Origin: Actinomycetota bacterium
GTDB lineage: Bacteria; Actinomycetota; Actinomycetes; S36-B12
Length of the DNA: 64,000 bases
Assembly (NCBI GenBank): GCA_005798555.1
Contig: SYJA01000078.1
Location: 25,191-89,190, forward strand
Direction of reading: 5' to 3'
Positions 9,459 through 18,366 of this stretch are shown one piece after another. Each line of letters starts with the position of its first letter. Position 1 is the stretch's first letter. Position numbers and translations under genes: made by a program. The notes under the pieces were generated by a model. That model made no database searches. It was given only the letters and a program-made list of their open reading frames with translations, and was not told where the DNA came from.

Positions 9459-10318
9459 GCGCAATTACGGTAGGTCGCCCCGTGGCCTCACGCCGACCAA
9501 TTTACGGCTGGGCCTTACACGACGGGTTTGTCGTGGCGCGCCGCAATCTCATTCAGACACTGCGGGTTCCTGAGCTGATCTTCTTCTCACTGGTCCAACC
9601 GGTTATCTTCGTCCTGCTCTTCGCGTATGTATTTGGTGGCGCTATTCCCATCCCCGGTGACGGTGCCAGTTCAGCCGATGCGGCTAATGCCTATCGGCAG
9701 TACCTGATGCCGGGTATTTTCGGCCAGACGGTTGCATTCGCGGCGGCGGCCAGCACCGTTGGGCTCGCCGAGGACATGAGCCGCGGCATCATCGATCGCT
9801 TTCGGGCCCTGCCAATGTCACCATCGGCGGTGCTGCTGGGCCGCACCTTCGCCGATGCCGTCCGCCAGATTCTCGTGCTGACCGTATTGAGCATCACCGG
9901 CTTACTTGTTGGCTGGCGAATAAATAATGGCATAGTGAGCGCGATTTTGGCATACGCGTTACTGCTTTTCTTCGCCTACACAGTTGCTTGGGTGGGCGCT
10001 TGGATCGGCCTGAGTGTGCCTAACCCGGAGACTGCGAACACCGCCGGCCTGGTCTGGCTGTTCCCGCTTACTTTCTTGTCGAACGCGTTCGTGCCGATCT
10101 CATCAATGCCAGATTGGCTACAGCCGATTGCCGCATACAACCCGATCTCCACTCTGGTTTTGGCGACCCGTGAGCTATTCGGGAATCCGACCGGGATCCA
10201 ACCCAATTACTGGTCCCTTGACCATGCCGCGCTCTACACAATAATTTCGTGCGCGGTGCTCATTGCCATCTTCGCTCCACTTGCGGTCCGTAAGTACCGC
10301 AATGCGACCGCTCGCTAA
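9455..10318 (+). CDS. ABC-2 type transporter permease (DrrB-like)
   Basis: Six predicted TM segments. ATGA overlap with the preceding ATPase gene. Confidence 0.8.
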   Translation: MSAITVGRPVASRRPIYGWALHDGFVVARRNLIQTLRVPELIFFSLVQPVIFVLLFAYVFGGAIPIPGDGASSADAANAYRQYLMPGIFGQTVAFAAAASTVGLAEDMSRGIIDRFRALPMSPSAVLLGRTFADAVRQILVLTVLSITGLLVGWRINNGIVSAILAYALLLFFAYTVAWVGAWIGLSVPNPETANTAGLVWLFPLTFLSNAFVPISSMPDWLQPIAAYNPISTLVLATRELFGNPTGIQPNYWSLDHAALYTIISCAVLIAIFAPLAVRKYRNATAR

Positions 10319-10331
10319 TGGGTATCGCCTG

Positions 10332-10817
10332 CTAACGAATATAGGGTTCGACCTTCATGATTTCGACCGACATCTCTTTGCCGTTTGCTAGTTGGTAGGT
10401 AGCGCTCTCACCAATGCGCTTACCGAGCACCGATGAACCAAGTGGCGACGTTGGCGAGTAGACCTCAATTGACGCATGGGCGGCTTCCTCGCGGGAGCCC
10501 AGCAAGAAAGCCTCGACTTCGCCATCAGACGGAAAACGAACCGTGATGACCTTTCCTTGAGCGACTTCATCTACTTCGGCATCGGGCGCCCCGATTTCCG
10601 CGTTCTCAAGGAGTTGTCGCAATTGCCGGATACGGGCTTCACTTTTGCCCTGTTCCTCTTTAGCAGCGTGGTAGCCGCCGTTCTCCTTGAGGTCACCTTC
10701 TTCACGGGCGAGCTCTATGCGCTTTGTTATCTCGACGCGGCCGGGGCCTTCGCGCTCGGTGAGTTCGCCCTGGAGTCGGTCATATGCCTCTTGGGTTAGC
10801 CAGGTTACGTCGCTCAT
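10332..10817 (-). CDS. greA: Transcription elongation factor GreA
   Basis: 161 aa. WLTQEAYDRL start, coiled-coil with EEGDLKENGGYHAAKEEQ, and a C-terminal FKBP-like domain. Confidence 0.9.
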   Translation of the reverse strand: MSDVTWLTQEAYDRLQGELTEREGPGRVEITKRIELAREEGDLKENGGYHAAKEEQGKSEARIRQLRQLLENAEIGAPDAEVDEVAQGKVITVRFPSDGEVEAFLLGSREEAAHASIEVYSPTSPLGSSVLGKRIGESATYQLANGKEMSVEIMKVEPYIR

Positions 10818-10875
10818 GAAAGAAGAGGGTAACGGTCTATTCGGAAAAGGGGTAACCGCGCACGCGAATTGTTAC

Positions 10876-11313
10876 CTATTCGGGGACCCAAGGCTGGTCT
10901 GGCGGTACGACTCCGGGCGGAAATTGCGGTTGCTGCACATTTGCGGCCGACCCAACACTGCATCCGAGTAACTCCACCACATAGGCGGGTGCCAAAGTCC
11001 GCAGCTCGTAGTCGATTCGAATGGTGGCCGCGCCAGGTGGAATTGAGATATCGGCATAGCCGACATCGGCCCGGGATTTATCTTGGGCGCGAATTACGCA
11101 GGTGACGGTGTCGGTCCCTTGCCGTTGCACATCGAAGGACACTGAGACATGGCCGGGTGCGGAGTCATCCCAAGAGACCAAAGTGGCCGTGAGGGTGTCG
11201 CGAGATAGTCCGGTGGTGACGAAAACGAGGGCGAGCGCGAAGCCCACGACCAAAATGCCGGCCCCGATCATGGTGCCCCAGGGCCGGCGGTCTAGCCCGT
11301 ATCTGGTGATCAT
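10876..11313 (-). CDS. DUF4307-like single-pass membrane protein
   Basis: The internal ATG at 11313 gives 145 aa: MITRYGLDRRPWG, then one TM, then a beta-rich domain. The position between greA and mca matches Rv1081c. The listed 205-aa ORF is over-extended into the mca promoter and gene. Confidence 0.6.
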   Translation of the reverse strand: MITRYGLDRRPWGTMIGAGILVVGFALALVFVTTGLSRDTLTATLVSWDDSAPGHVSVSFDVQRQGTDTVTCVIRAQDKSRADVGYADISIPPGAATIRIDYELRTLAPAYVVELLGCSVGSAANVQQPQFPPGVVPPDQPWVPE

Positions 11314-11371
11314 CTGCGGGGAGAGTTGGTCCCGGCGAAATGGCGAAGGCACGACTGCCACACTAACGCTT

Positions 11372-12244
11372 GTGCACCGAGCCCTGCGCCTAATGGCGGT
11401 CCATGCCCACCCCGATGATGAATCGAGCAAGGGTGCTGCCGTCACCGCCAAATACGTGTCGGAGGGCGTTGAAGTAATGGTGGTCACCTGCACCGGCGGA
11501 GAGCTCGGCGACGTCCTAAATGACGAAGCCAGGGCCGAGGTGGCCGAGCTTGGACTGACCCAGGTTCGGCGCCAGGAGATGGCGCGGGCCGCGCAGATTT
11601 TGGGGGTCCGTCAAGTTTGGTTGGGTTTCCCAGATTCGGGGTTTCCTAGCGGCGCACCCCCGCCGCCGCTGCCACTTGGCTGCTTCGCGGATCTACCCCT
11701 AGCTGTTGTCACCGAGCCACTGGTCGCACTAATCCGCGAATTCCAGCCACTGGTAGTGACCACTTATGACGAAAAGGGTGGCTACCCGCATCCAGATCAC
11801 ATCCGAACCCACGAAGTCACCATGGCTGCCGTTGACGCGGCCGCGGACCCGACCAGGTACCCAGGCTCCGGCGGTGCACCGTGGCAGGTGCCAAAGGTGT
11901 ACTACAACCAGCAATTCAGCAAGCAGCGAGTACTCGCATTACATTTGGCTATGACCGACGGGGATCTGGAGTCACCGTATGACGACTGGCTGAAGAATTG
12001 GGAGGATCGTCCCGAAGACGCTGGCCGCATCACCACCCGGGTCGATGCCGCTGCCTGGTTTGAGGTACGCGACCAAGCACTGCTGGCGCATCGCACGCAG
12101 ATTGATCCCAAAGGGCGCTGGTTCGCGGTGCCGATGGACATTCAAAAAGCGGTCTGGCCGACCGAGGATTTCCAGTTGGCCCGCTCGACGGTACCTATCG
12201 CGATCCCTGAAAATGACTTATTCGCCGGACTAAGGGGCAGGTAA
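11372..12244 (+). CDS. mca: Mycothiol S-conjugate amidase (LmbE/MshB family)
   Basis: LRLMAVHAHPDDES and GGYPHPDHI zinc-site motifs. GTG at 11372 gives about 290 aa (ATG 11393 is an alternative). The listed 380-aa ORF start lies inside the divergent neighbouring gene. Confidence 0.8.
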   Translation: MHRALRLMAVHAHPDDESSKGAAVTAKYVSEGVEVMVVTCTGGELGDVLNDEARAEVAELGLTQVRRQEMARAAQILGVRQVWLGFPDSGFPSGAPPPPLPLGCFADLPLAVVTEPLVALIREFQPLVVTTYDEKGGYPHPDHIRTHEVTMAAVDAAADPTRYPGSGGAPWQVPKVYYNQQFSKQRVLALHLAMTDGDLESPYDDWLKNWEDRPEDAGRITTRVDAAAWFEVRDQALLAHRTQIDPKGRWFAVPMDIQKAVWPTEDFQLARSTVPIAIPENDLFAGLRGR

Positions 12245-12486
12245 TGGATCCAGATCCGACCAACGAACTCGGCAAACTTATCGACGGTGCTGGGCCCATC
12301 GCAGGGCTATTCGTCCTTGCCCTCGGAGTTGCGTTAGCCCTCCTTTGGTTTTCACTAAAACGGCAGATGAAGCGCATTGACCCGGACCTGCCGATGGGCC
12401 GCGATGACAAAGAACAGGCGGCGGATCGCGAATTGACCAAAGAGGCTGTCGAACGAGGTGCAGATGAGCAACCGCCCAACTCCTAG
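12244..12486 (+). CDS. Small single-TM protein, function unknown
   Basis: 80 aa with one hydrophobic helix (IAGLFVLALGVALALLWF) and a charged tail. Its ATG overlaps the mca TAA by 1 nt. Confidence 0.45.
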   Translation: MDPDPTNELGKLIDGAGPIAGLFVLALGVALALLWFSLKRQMKRIDPDLPMGRDDKEQAADRELTKEAVERGADEQPPNS

Positions 12487-13243
12487 GGCGGTGCTCCGCA
12501 CGGCCGTCACGCCGCGGTGGCTTGGGTTCGCTGGGCTCGCACTTATCTTCATCACCTGCGCGGTGGTGCTAGGTCGCTGGCAGTGGGAGCGCACCCAGGA
12601 CATCATTCAAGCCGAGCAGGCCGCGCAGTCAGCGCCACGGCCCGTTGAAGAGGTTTCCGAGCCCGGTGGCACTTTGGCCAATGAATTGCTTGGGCAACCG
12701 GTCCTGGCCGAGGGCAATTACGAGGGTGCAGGTCAAGTGCTGGTCTTGCACCGGTCATTGAATGGTAAACCTGGGGTCTGGGTGGTGACCCCGCTTCGAC
12801 TAACTGATGGCTCGCTGATCGCGGTGCTGCGTGGCTGGCTCCCGGATGCTGGCGCGCCGGGTGCAATCGCCCCGAACGACCGCGTGGCGGTGGCCGGTGT
12901 GGTGCAACCTGATGAAGGGTTCTATCTCGAGGCGAAGCCAGCGCCGGGCACCGTGGTCGCGATCTCCAGTGTTGAGTTGCGCAAGCTGTGGGGCCCGGAG
13001 ACTAGGCCCGGGTACGTGACCCTGGCAACCCAGCAGCCCGCATTCACCCCGGCGCCGACCCCGGTGCCGCCAACAGTGGTAACCGACAATGCGGCTTTCC
13101 CAATCCAGAACTTCTTCTATGCCATTCAATGGTTGATCTTCGCGGCCTTCGCAATCGTGGTCTACGGTCGCTGGTTATGGCGCGATGCGCAGGAAATGAG
13201 TGCGAAGAATCCCGAAGATTCGACTACGGTTACGCCATCATGA
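12464..13243 (+). CDS. SURF1/ShyY1-like membrane protein
   Basis: N-terminal TM followed by LGRWQWER (SURF1 signature) and a C-terminal TM. The start is uncertain (GTG 12458, ATG 12464 or GTG 12491). Confidence 0.7.
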   Translation: MSNRPTPRAVLRTAVTPRWLGFAGLALIFITCAVVLGRWQWERTQDIIQAEQAAQSAPRPVEEVSEPGGTLANELLGQPVLAEGNYEGAGQVLVLHRSLNGKPGVWVVTPLRLTDGSLIAVLRGWLPDAGAPGAIAPNDRVAVAGVVQPDEGFYLEAKPAPGTVVAISSVELRKLWGPETRPGYVTLATQQPAFTPAPTPVPPTVVTDNAAFPIQNFFYAIQWLIFAAFAIVVYGRWLWRDAQEMSAKNPEDSTTVTPS

Positions 13244-14157
13244 TTTATGTCATCGGCGAAGCCCTGATCGACATCATTGTCGATGCGAATGGCAGGGTAC
13301 TTGCCTCCGTCGTTGGCGGCGCCCCGTTGAATACGGCTCGAACGATTGCCCGCCTCGAGGTGCCGGCAGCTTTTTTGGGCGGGATCTCAACTGATGCATT
13401 CGGCAATCGAATGATGCGCCTGCTAGCTGAGGACGGCGTGCACTACGCACTAGGTACCCAGGTGCCTGAACCAACCACATTGGCTATCGCTGAACTCGAT
13501 CAGCACGGTGCCGCAACTTATCGATTCGTGATGGAAAACACCTCGGCCGCGGCCGTCACCCCCGCTGCTGCCCTAGCCGCCGTTGGGCCAGATTGCCGAG
13601 CCGTGCACGTGGGCACCCTTGGTCTGGTGCTCCAGCCATTGGCCGATGCCACGAGAGCTGTCGTTGAGGCTTCACCGGCAGATCGCCTGGTGATGATTGA
13701 CCCTAATTGCCGGCCAAGTGTCATGAGATCATCGCAAGCTTTCACGCAGACGCTAGATGCGGTCCTCGCTCGCGCGGATATCGTGAAAGTAAGTGGTGAT
13801 GATCTGGCATTCATGATGCCGAATCTCCAGGCGCAGTCAGCGGCCCGGGAGCTACAGCGTGAAAGCGGAGCACTGGTCTTATTCACCGATGGAGCCAACT
13901 GCGTCCAAGTGGTGACGGCCAGTGAGACCGTGGTGCTCGAGGTCCCGAAGGTAGCTGTCGTTGACACCGTGGGTGCCGGTGACTCATTTAGTGGCGGCTT
14001 CTTGGCACATTGGCTGGGTCGTGGCCAGGGCCGTGATGATCTTTCGGACTTGGCTGCCGTGGTCGAGGCGGCAACTTTTGGTATCAAGGTTGCAGGCATC
14101 ACCTGCCAGCGGGCGGGTGCGGATCCGCCGTTCTCCGATGAACTCCGGTCACGTTAG
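13240..14157 (+). CDS. PfkB-family carbohydrate kinase (fructokinase-like)
   Basis: MIYVIGEALIDI start and C-terminal DTVGAGDSF motif. The ATG at 13240 overlaps the SURF1 stop (ATGA). The listed ORF start at 13129 is over-extended. Confidence 0.8.
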   Translation: MIYVIGEALIDIIVDANGRVLASVVGGAPLNTARTIARLEVPAAFLGGISTDAFGNRMMRLLAEDGVHYALGTQVPEPTTLAIAELDQHGAATYRFVMENTSAAAVTPAAALAAVGPDCRAVHVGTLGLVLQPLADATRAVVEASPADRLVMIDPNCRPSVMRSSQAFTQTLDAVLARADIVKVSGDDLAFMMPNLQAQSAARELQRESGALVLFTDGANCVQVVTASETVVLEVPKVAVVDTVGAGDSFSGGFLAHWLGRGQGRDDLSDLAAVVEAATFGIKVAGITCQRAGADPPFSDELRSR

Positions 14158-14160
14158 CCT

Positions 14161-14517
14161 GTGGCCATGAACAAAATCAAAGGCGCCGCACTTCGTTACC
14201 GCATCATGGCTTGGGTCACCGGAGTTGTCCTTGGCGCTTTGACTATCTGGCTCATTGTCGGCTACGGGTTCATGGACTATGCGAATACCGATGTGAAGCC
14301 CGGGCTCTACCGGTTGCTCTGGACCGCCCACGGCTGGCTTTACTTCATCTACCTCATCGTTGGTGTGGATCTGGCCTTCCGCATGCGTTACAGCATCTTG
14401 CGCACACTCGGAATCCTGATCGCCGGAACCGTTCCCTTCATGTCTTTCGTGGCGGAGTACTTCGTGCACAAGGACGTTATGACGAGGGTCGCGGCCCAAC
14501 CGGTGGATCCTGCTTAA
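14161..14517 (+). CDS. DUF3817-like integral membrane protein
   Basis: 118 aa with three or four TM helices. The N-terminus ALRYRIMAWVTGV is typical of this family. An ATG at 14167 is an alternative start. Confidence 0.6.
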   Translation: MAMNKIKGAALRYRIMAWVTGVVLGALTIWLIVGYGFMDYANTDVKPGLYRLLWTAHGWLYFIYLIVGVDLAFRMRYSILRTLGILIAGTVPFMSFVAEYFVHKDVMTRVAAQPVDPA

Positions 14518-14555
14518 CCCGCGCGCACCCAGTTAAGCCAGGGGCATTTCGGCGC

Positions 14556-15233
14556 TTAGGCGCGTGACCAGGCGATCGGAGCGGCACCGAGTTCGCCGAG
14601 AAGCCTGTTGGCACGACTAAATGGTTTGGATCCGAAGAACCCGCGATGAGCCGATAACGGGCTCGGATGCGCACTGGCGATGATGGGCACATCAACGAGC
14701 GCTGGGATAAGGGCCTCCGCATCCTTGCCCCATAGAATCGCGACAAGGGGTTGATCGACACGTTGAACCAGCGCGTTGATTGCGGCGTTTGTCACCTGCT
14801 CCCAGCCGATCCCACGATGGCTACCGGCGACATTGGTCTGCACGGTAAGCACTCGATTGAGCAGCAGCACTCCTTGGGCTGCCCACGCGGATAGGTCGCC
14901 GTAAATCGGCGCCGGGCAGTTCAGGTCAGCAGTTAGCTCTGTGAAGATATTTTGCAAACTACGTGGCAACGGCCGTACTTCTGGTCCGACCGCGAACGCG
15001 AGTCCGATCGCGTGCCCGGGGGTCGGGTAGGGGTCCTGGCCGACAATGAGCACCCGGACTTCCGGTAGCGGTTGGGTGAAGGCCCGCAGTATGTGCGCCC
15101 CGGCTGGGAGCCAGGGGCGCCCGGCCGCGGTCTCGGCGCGCAGGAATTCGCCGATGGCAGCGATGGTTCCCTCCTCGCCGGTCAGGGCCTGCGCCCAGGT
15201 TGGGTGCACCAGTTCGGCAAGGGGCTTGGCCAC
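14556..15233 (-). CDS. ung: Uracil-DNA glycosylase, family 1
   Basis: GQDPYP water-activating loop and HPSPLSA motif. GTG start. Confidence 0.9.
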   Translation of the reverse strand: MAKPLAELVHPTWAQALTGEEGTIAAIGEFLRAETAAGRPWLPAGAHILRAFTQPLPEVRVLIVGQDPYPTPGHAIGLAFAVGPEVRPLPRSLQNIFTELTADLNCPAPIYGDLSAWAAQGVLLLNRVLTVQTNVAGSHRGIGWEQVTNAAINALVQRVDQPLVAILWGKDAEALIPALVDVPIIASAHPSPLSAHRGFFGSKPFSRANRLLGELGAAPIAWSRA

Positions 15234-15242
15234 CCCTGCAAT

Positions 15243-16304
15243 CTAGTGTTTGACGGTGGGGTAGACGTCGATCTCCACGGCTTTGACGCTCAGCCAAACC
15301 TGGCTGCCGGGAGCAAGGCCGAGGTCCGCCACGGCGGCAGGGGTTATCGCGGCAACAACGGCCGGCGACCCATCAACTTGCACTCGTACCCGATCATGTG
15401 CGGCTTGCAAACTAGCTATGGTGCCGGGCCAGACATTTCGTGGGCTGCCCGCTGGCTGTTCTCGGTGCACCGAAACCGACTCGGGTCGCACGACCGCAAG
15501 CACCGGGCCGGCAACGTCAAGGTCGGCGGTATGCAAGATGCCACCCTGATCAAGTTTCAGCTCGCCGTTGCTGATCGTGCCGCGCAATAAGGTGACCCCG
15601 ATAAGTGCTGCGGCATAAGGGGTTGCCGGTCGTCGGGCGATCTCCGCGGGTTTCGCATCTTGCACGATCGCGCCGTTCTCGAGCACAATGACCCGATCCG
15701 CCAACATCATCGCGTCCAGTGGATCGTGGGTGACAAGGACCGTGCACCCGGAAAATGCTGAAAGCTGCTCGGTGAGCTCGAGGCGAATTTTTGCTCGGGT
15801 TTCGATATCGAGGGCGGCAAGTGGCTCGTCCAGTAGCAGTACTTGTGGCCTCGTTGCTAATGCTCGGGCAAGCGCAACCCGCTGTGCCTGACCCCCGGAG
15901 AGTGAGCTGGGCAGGCGGCCCGCGAGTTCTGCGATTCCAATTTTGGTCAGCACCTCTAGGGCAAGACGGTTTGCCGGCTTGCGACCGAGCCCACGCGATC
16001 TGGGCCCAAATGCCACATTTGCCAGCACCTTGAGGTGGGGAAACAGCGCATAGTCCTGAAACACATATCCGATCGATCGAGCTGGCGGGGGCAAGAAGGT
16101 GTTTTGCGAATCATCAACCACCACCCCATTGATTTTGATCGACCCGGTCGAGGCGGCAACTAGCCCGGCCATCGCCCGCAGCAGGGTTGACTTGCCTGCA
16201 CCATTTGGCCCGAGTATTGCGATAACCGTGCCAGGTTCGAAGGTGGCATCGAATTCGAGGGTGAACTCCCCGCGCTGCGCGGTGAAGTTTGCGACTACCG
16301 TCAT
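15243..16304 (-). CDS. modC: Molybdate ABC transporter ATP-binding protein with C-terminal TOBE domain
   Basis: Walker A GPNGAGKST, LSGGQAQRVALARAL, LLLDEPLAALD. The internal ATG at 16304 overlaps the modB stop (ATGA). Confidence 0.8.
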   Translation of the reverse strand: MTVVANFTAQRGEFTLEFDATFEPGTVIAILGPNGAGKSTLLRAMAGLVAASTGSIKINGVVVDDSQNTFLPPPARSIGYVFQDYALFPHLKVLANVAFGPRSRGLGRKPANRLALEVLTKIGIAELAGRLPSSLSGGQAQRVALARALATRPQVLLLDEPLAALDIETRAKIRLELTEQLSAFSGCTVLVTHDPLDAMMLADRVIVLENGAIVQDAKPAEIARRPATPYAAALIGVTLLRGTISNGELKLDQGGILHTADLDVAGPVLAVVRPESVSVHREQPAGSPRNVWPGTIASLQAAHDRVRVQVDGSPAVVAAITPAAVADLGLAPGSQVWLSVKAVEIDVYPTVKH

Positions 16305-17104
16305 GACGCAGTCGGCCTGAGGTAGCGCCCACGCAGGGCGACAAGGACAACCACGCAAACGGTTAGCATCACCAGGCTCAAGGCGATAGCGGTGGACCGG
16401 TCAGTTTCAAGGGCTTGATAAACCGCCAGCGGCATCGATTGGGTAACACCGGGAAAGTTACCGGCGAAAGTAATCGTGGCCCCGAATTCACCGAGTGCCC
16501 GGGCCCAGCAAAGGACCGCTCCGGCCACCAGCGACGGCCCCACGAGGGGCAAGGTGATGCGCCGGAAAATGGTCCACTGCGACGCCCCCAGAGTCGACGC
16601 GGCGTCCTCGAAGCGGCCGTCCAAGGACCTAAAGGCGCCCTCCATCGTGATGATCAGGAATGGCATTGCCACAAAAGTTTCAGCGACGATCACCCCGGCT
16701 GTGGTAAATGGCAGTTGGATTCCGAGTCCTGATGAAAGCCATTGCCCGACCAGGCCGCGCCGGCCGAAGGCGGTCAACAGGATGACTCCGGAGACCACCG
16801 GCGGTAGCAGCAGCGGCACGATCACCATCGCACGAAGTATGCGGGTGCCCGGCAAAATCTCCCGCGCGAGCAGCCAAGCCAGCGGGGTGCCGATAAAAAT
16901 GGCGATCACGGTGGCTGCGATCGAAGTCACCATGGAGATGCGTAGCGCCTCTAACGCGACCTGCGAGGTGAGGATGGCACCGAACGAGCCCCACGGGGCT
17001 TCGGCGAGGAGCCCGACCATGGGTATTACGAGGAAGGCGATTGCGATGAGACCGGGAATCAGGAGGAAAAGCGGCCGCGGGGAGTTCGGTCGACGTGGCG
17101 TCAC
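16301..17104 (-). CDS. modB: Molybdate ABC transporter permease
   Basis: EAA-loop-type motif (ASTLGASQWTIFRRITLP) and six TM segments. Lies in the modA-modB-modC order. Confidence 0.85.
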   Translation of the reverse strand: MTPRRPNSPRPLFLLIPGLIAIAFLVIPMVGLLAEAPWGSFGAILTSQVALEALRISMVTSIAATVIAIFIGTPLAWLLAREILPGTRILRAMVIVPLLLPPVVSGVILLTAFGRRGLVGQWLSSGLGIQLPFTTAGVIVAETFVAMPFLIITMEGAFRSLDGRFEDAASTLGASQWTIFRRITLPLVGPSLVAGAVLCWARALGEFGATITFAGNFPGVTQSMPLAVYQALETDRSTAIALSLVMLTVCVVVLVALRGRYLRPTAS

Positions 17105-17880
17105 GGTTTCATGAATCCATAAGCTCTAAGAATCCCCTGCGCACTAAATGAGTAGCGCAGGTATTGCACGAAGGCCTTCGCCGCTACCGGATTGCTCGTG
17201 GCTTTTGCCGTCGCGACCGGGTAACTGGTGATCACATTGAGCGCAGCTGGAATGGTCACCGAGGTGATACTGGATCCGGCCCACTTCACGTCAGTGACAT
17301 AGACGATACCGGCATCTACTTCATCGGCAATCACCTTGCCTAGCACCATTCGCACGTCGAGTTCGCGTGTTACCGGTGTCACGGTGATATTGGCGTTCTT
17401 GAATAGATCACGTGCGACGGCCCCGCACGGCACTGCGACATCGCAGACGGCGACAAGGACTCCGGGTTTTGCCAGATCCGTCAGTTCGGAGATGTGTGCT
17501 GGATTGCCGGTGGGCATGGCAATTGCCATGGTGTTCTTGGCAAAGGGAATTGGCGCGGTTACGCTTCCTGCACCGACGGCCTTGGCCATGGCCACCTCCG
17601 ATGCGGTGGCCAGAACATCAACCGGTGCGCCAGCATTCAATTGCGCTACGAGAGTAGAGCTCCCTGCGAAATTGAATTTCACCGTGACTTTCGGAAACCG
17701 TTTCGTGAATGCTGCCGCGATTACGGGAAGTACATCGGTCAATGACGATGCGGCCGAGATGGTGATGGTGCCGCTGGGTTCGATGAACGCCGCCGGAGCC
17801 GCCGCATTGGCGAGGGGCGACCCGCCAAGAGTCACCGCCACACTCACAACGGCGGCGGTGAGCAGGCGGGGAACCCTCAT
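17101..17880 (-). CDS. modA: Molybdate-binding periplasmic protein
   Basis: Signal peptide followed by the ITISAASSL and FNFAGSS motifs of the ModA family. Confidence 0.85.
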   Translation of the reverse strand: MRVPRLLTAAVVSVAVTLGGSPLANAAAPAAFIEPSGTITISAASSLTDVLPVIAAAFTKRFPKVTVKFNFAGSSTLVAQLNAGAPVDVLATASEVAMAKAVGAGSVTAPIPFAKNTMAIAMPTGNPAHISELTDLAKPGVLVAVCDVAVPCGAVARDLFKNANITVTPVTRELDVRMVLGKVIADEVDAGIVYVTDVKWAGSSITSVTIPAALNVITSYPVATAKATSNPVAAKAFVQYLRYSFSAQGILRAYGFMKP

Positions 17881-18266
17881 GAAGTCTCCTCGCGTTCGAC
17901 AATCACGTTGGTGGCTTTGATCATTGCTGCTGCGCGCACCCCGGGCGCCAGCTCAAGCTCATCGGCCGCCTCGCGACTCATGAGCGAAATTACGCGGTGC
18001 GGGCCAGCCTGGATCTCGACCAGGGCCATGACGCCATCGCGCTCGACCCTGGTGACGATGCCACTGAAACGATTTCGGGCCGAGGTGGTAACCGGCGCCG
18101 GGGGGGCCGCCTGCGCCATCAGGGTGGCTACTGCGGCTGCGTCGACCGTCATGGGGCCGGGCCCGGTGCTCTGGGCGGCGAGCCGACCGGTGTCGATCCA
18201 GCGGCGCACTGTGTCGTCGCTGACACCGAGGAGTTCGGCGGCCTCGGAAACCCGTATTTGCGCCAT
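17877..18266 (-). CDS. HTH (excisionase/MerR-like) + TOBE/Mop domain protein, probable molybdate-responsive regulator
   Basis: N-terminal VSEAAELLGVSDDTVRRWIDTGRL helix-turn-helix. C-terminal SARNRFSGIVTRVERDGVMALVEI is a TOBE/Mop fold motif. Translationally coupled (ATGA) to modA. Confidence 0.7.
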   Translation of the reverse strand: MAQIRVSEAAELLGVSDDTVRRWIDTGRLAAQSTGPGPMTVDAAAVATLMAQAAPPAPVTTSARNRFSGIVTRVERDGVMALVEIQAGPHRVISLMSREAADELELAPGVRAAAMIKATNVIVEREETS

Positions 18267-18274
18267 AAAAAAAA

Positions 18275-18304
18275 AGTTTAACGCATAAATTCGGAGAATA
18301 TCAA
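18275..18304 (-). promoter_or_regulatory. Candidate sigma-70-type promoter for the mod operon, giving a leaderless or near-leaderless mRNA
   Basis: On the minus strand: TTGATA (18304-18299), an 18-nt spacer, TAAACT (18280-18275), then T8 directly abutting the ATG at 18266. Lies in a locally AT-rich patch. Confidence 0.3.
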
Positions 18305-18321
18305 GAAAATTAACCTAAAAA

Positions 18322-18351
18322 GCGGGGCGGGTGCTTTTGCACCCGCCCCGC
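18322..18351 (-). terminator. Rho-independent terminator downstream of the alpha/beta hydrolase gene
   Basis: Perfect 13-bp GC-rich stem GCGGGGCGGGTGC / GCACCCGCCCCGC with a TTTT loop. On the minus strand it is followed by CTTTTT. It lies 16 nt after the stop at 18367. Confidence 0.75.
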
Positions 18352-18366
18352 TTTCCTGCTTTCTTG

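Noticed and set aside
11102-11371. 90-aa N-terminal extension of mca, and the matching extension of the divergent DUF4307 ORF (11314-11493)
   Set aside because: The two listed ORFs overlap each other head-to-head. Both extensions lack family similarity. Mca homologues begin a few residues before LRLMAVHAHPDDES, and DUF4307 proteins begin just before the TM helix.
16476-17920. Plus-strand ORFs of 212 and 194 aa opposite modB and modA
   Set aside because: They are antisense to genes with clear ABC permease and ModA signatures. Their composition is Ala/Arg/Ser/Thr-rich and they have no motifs.
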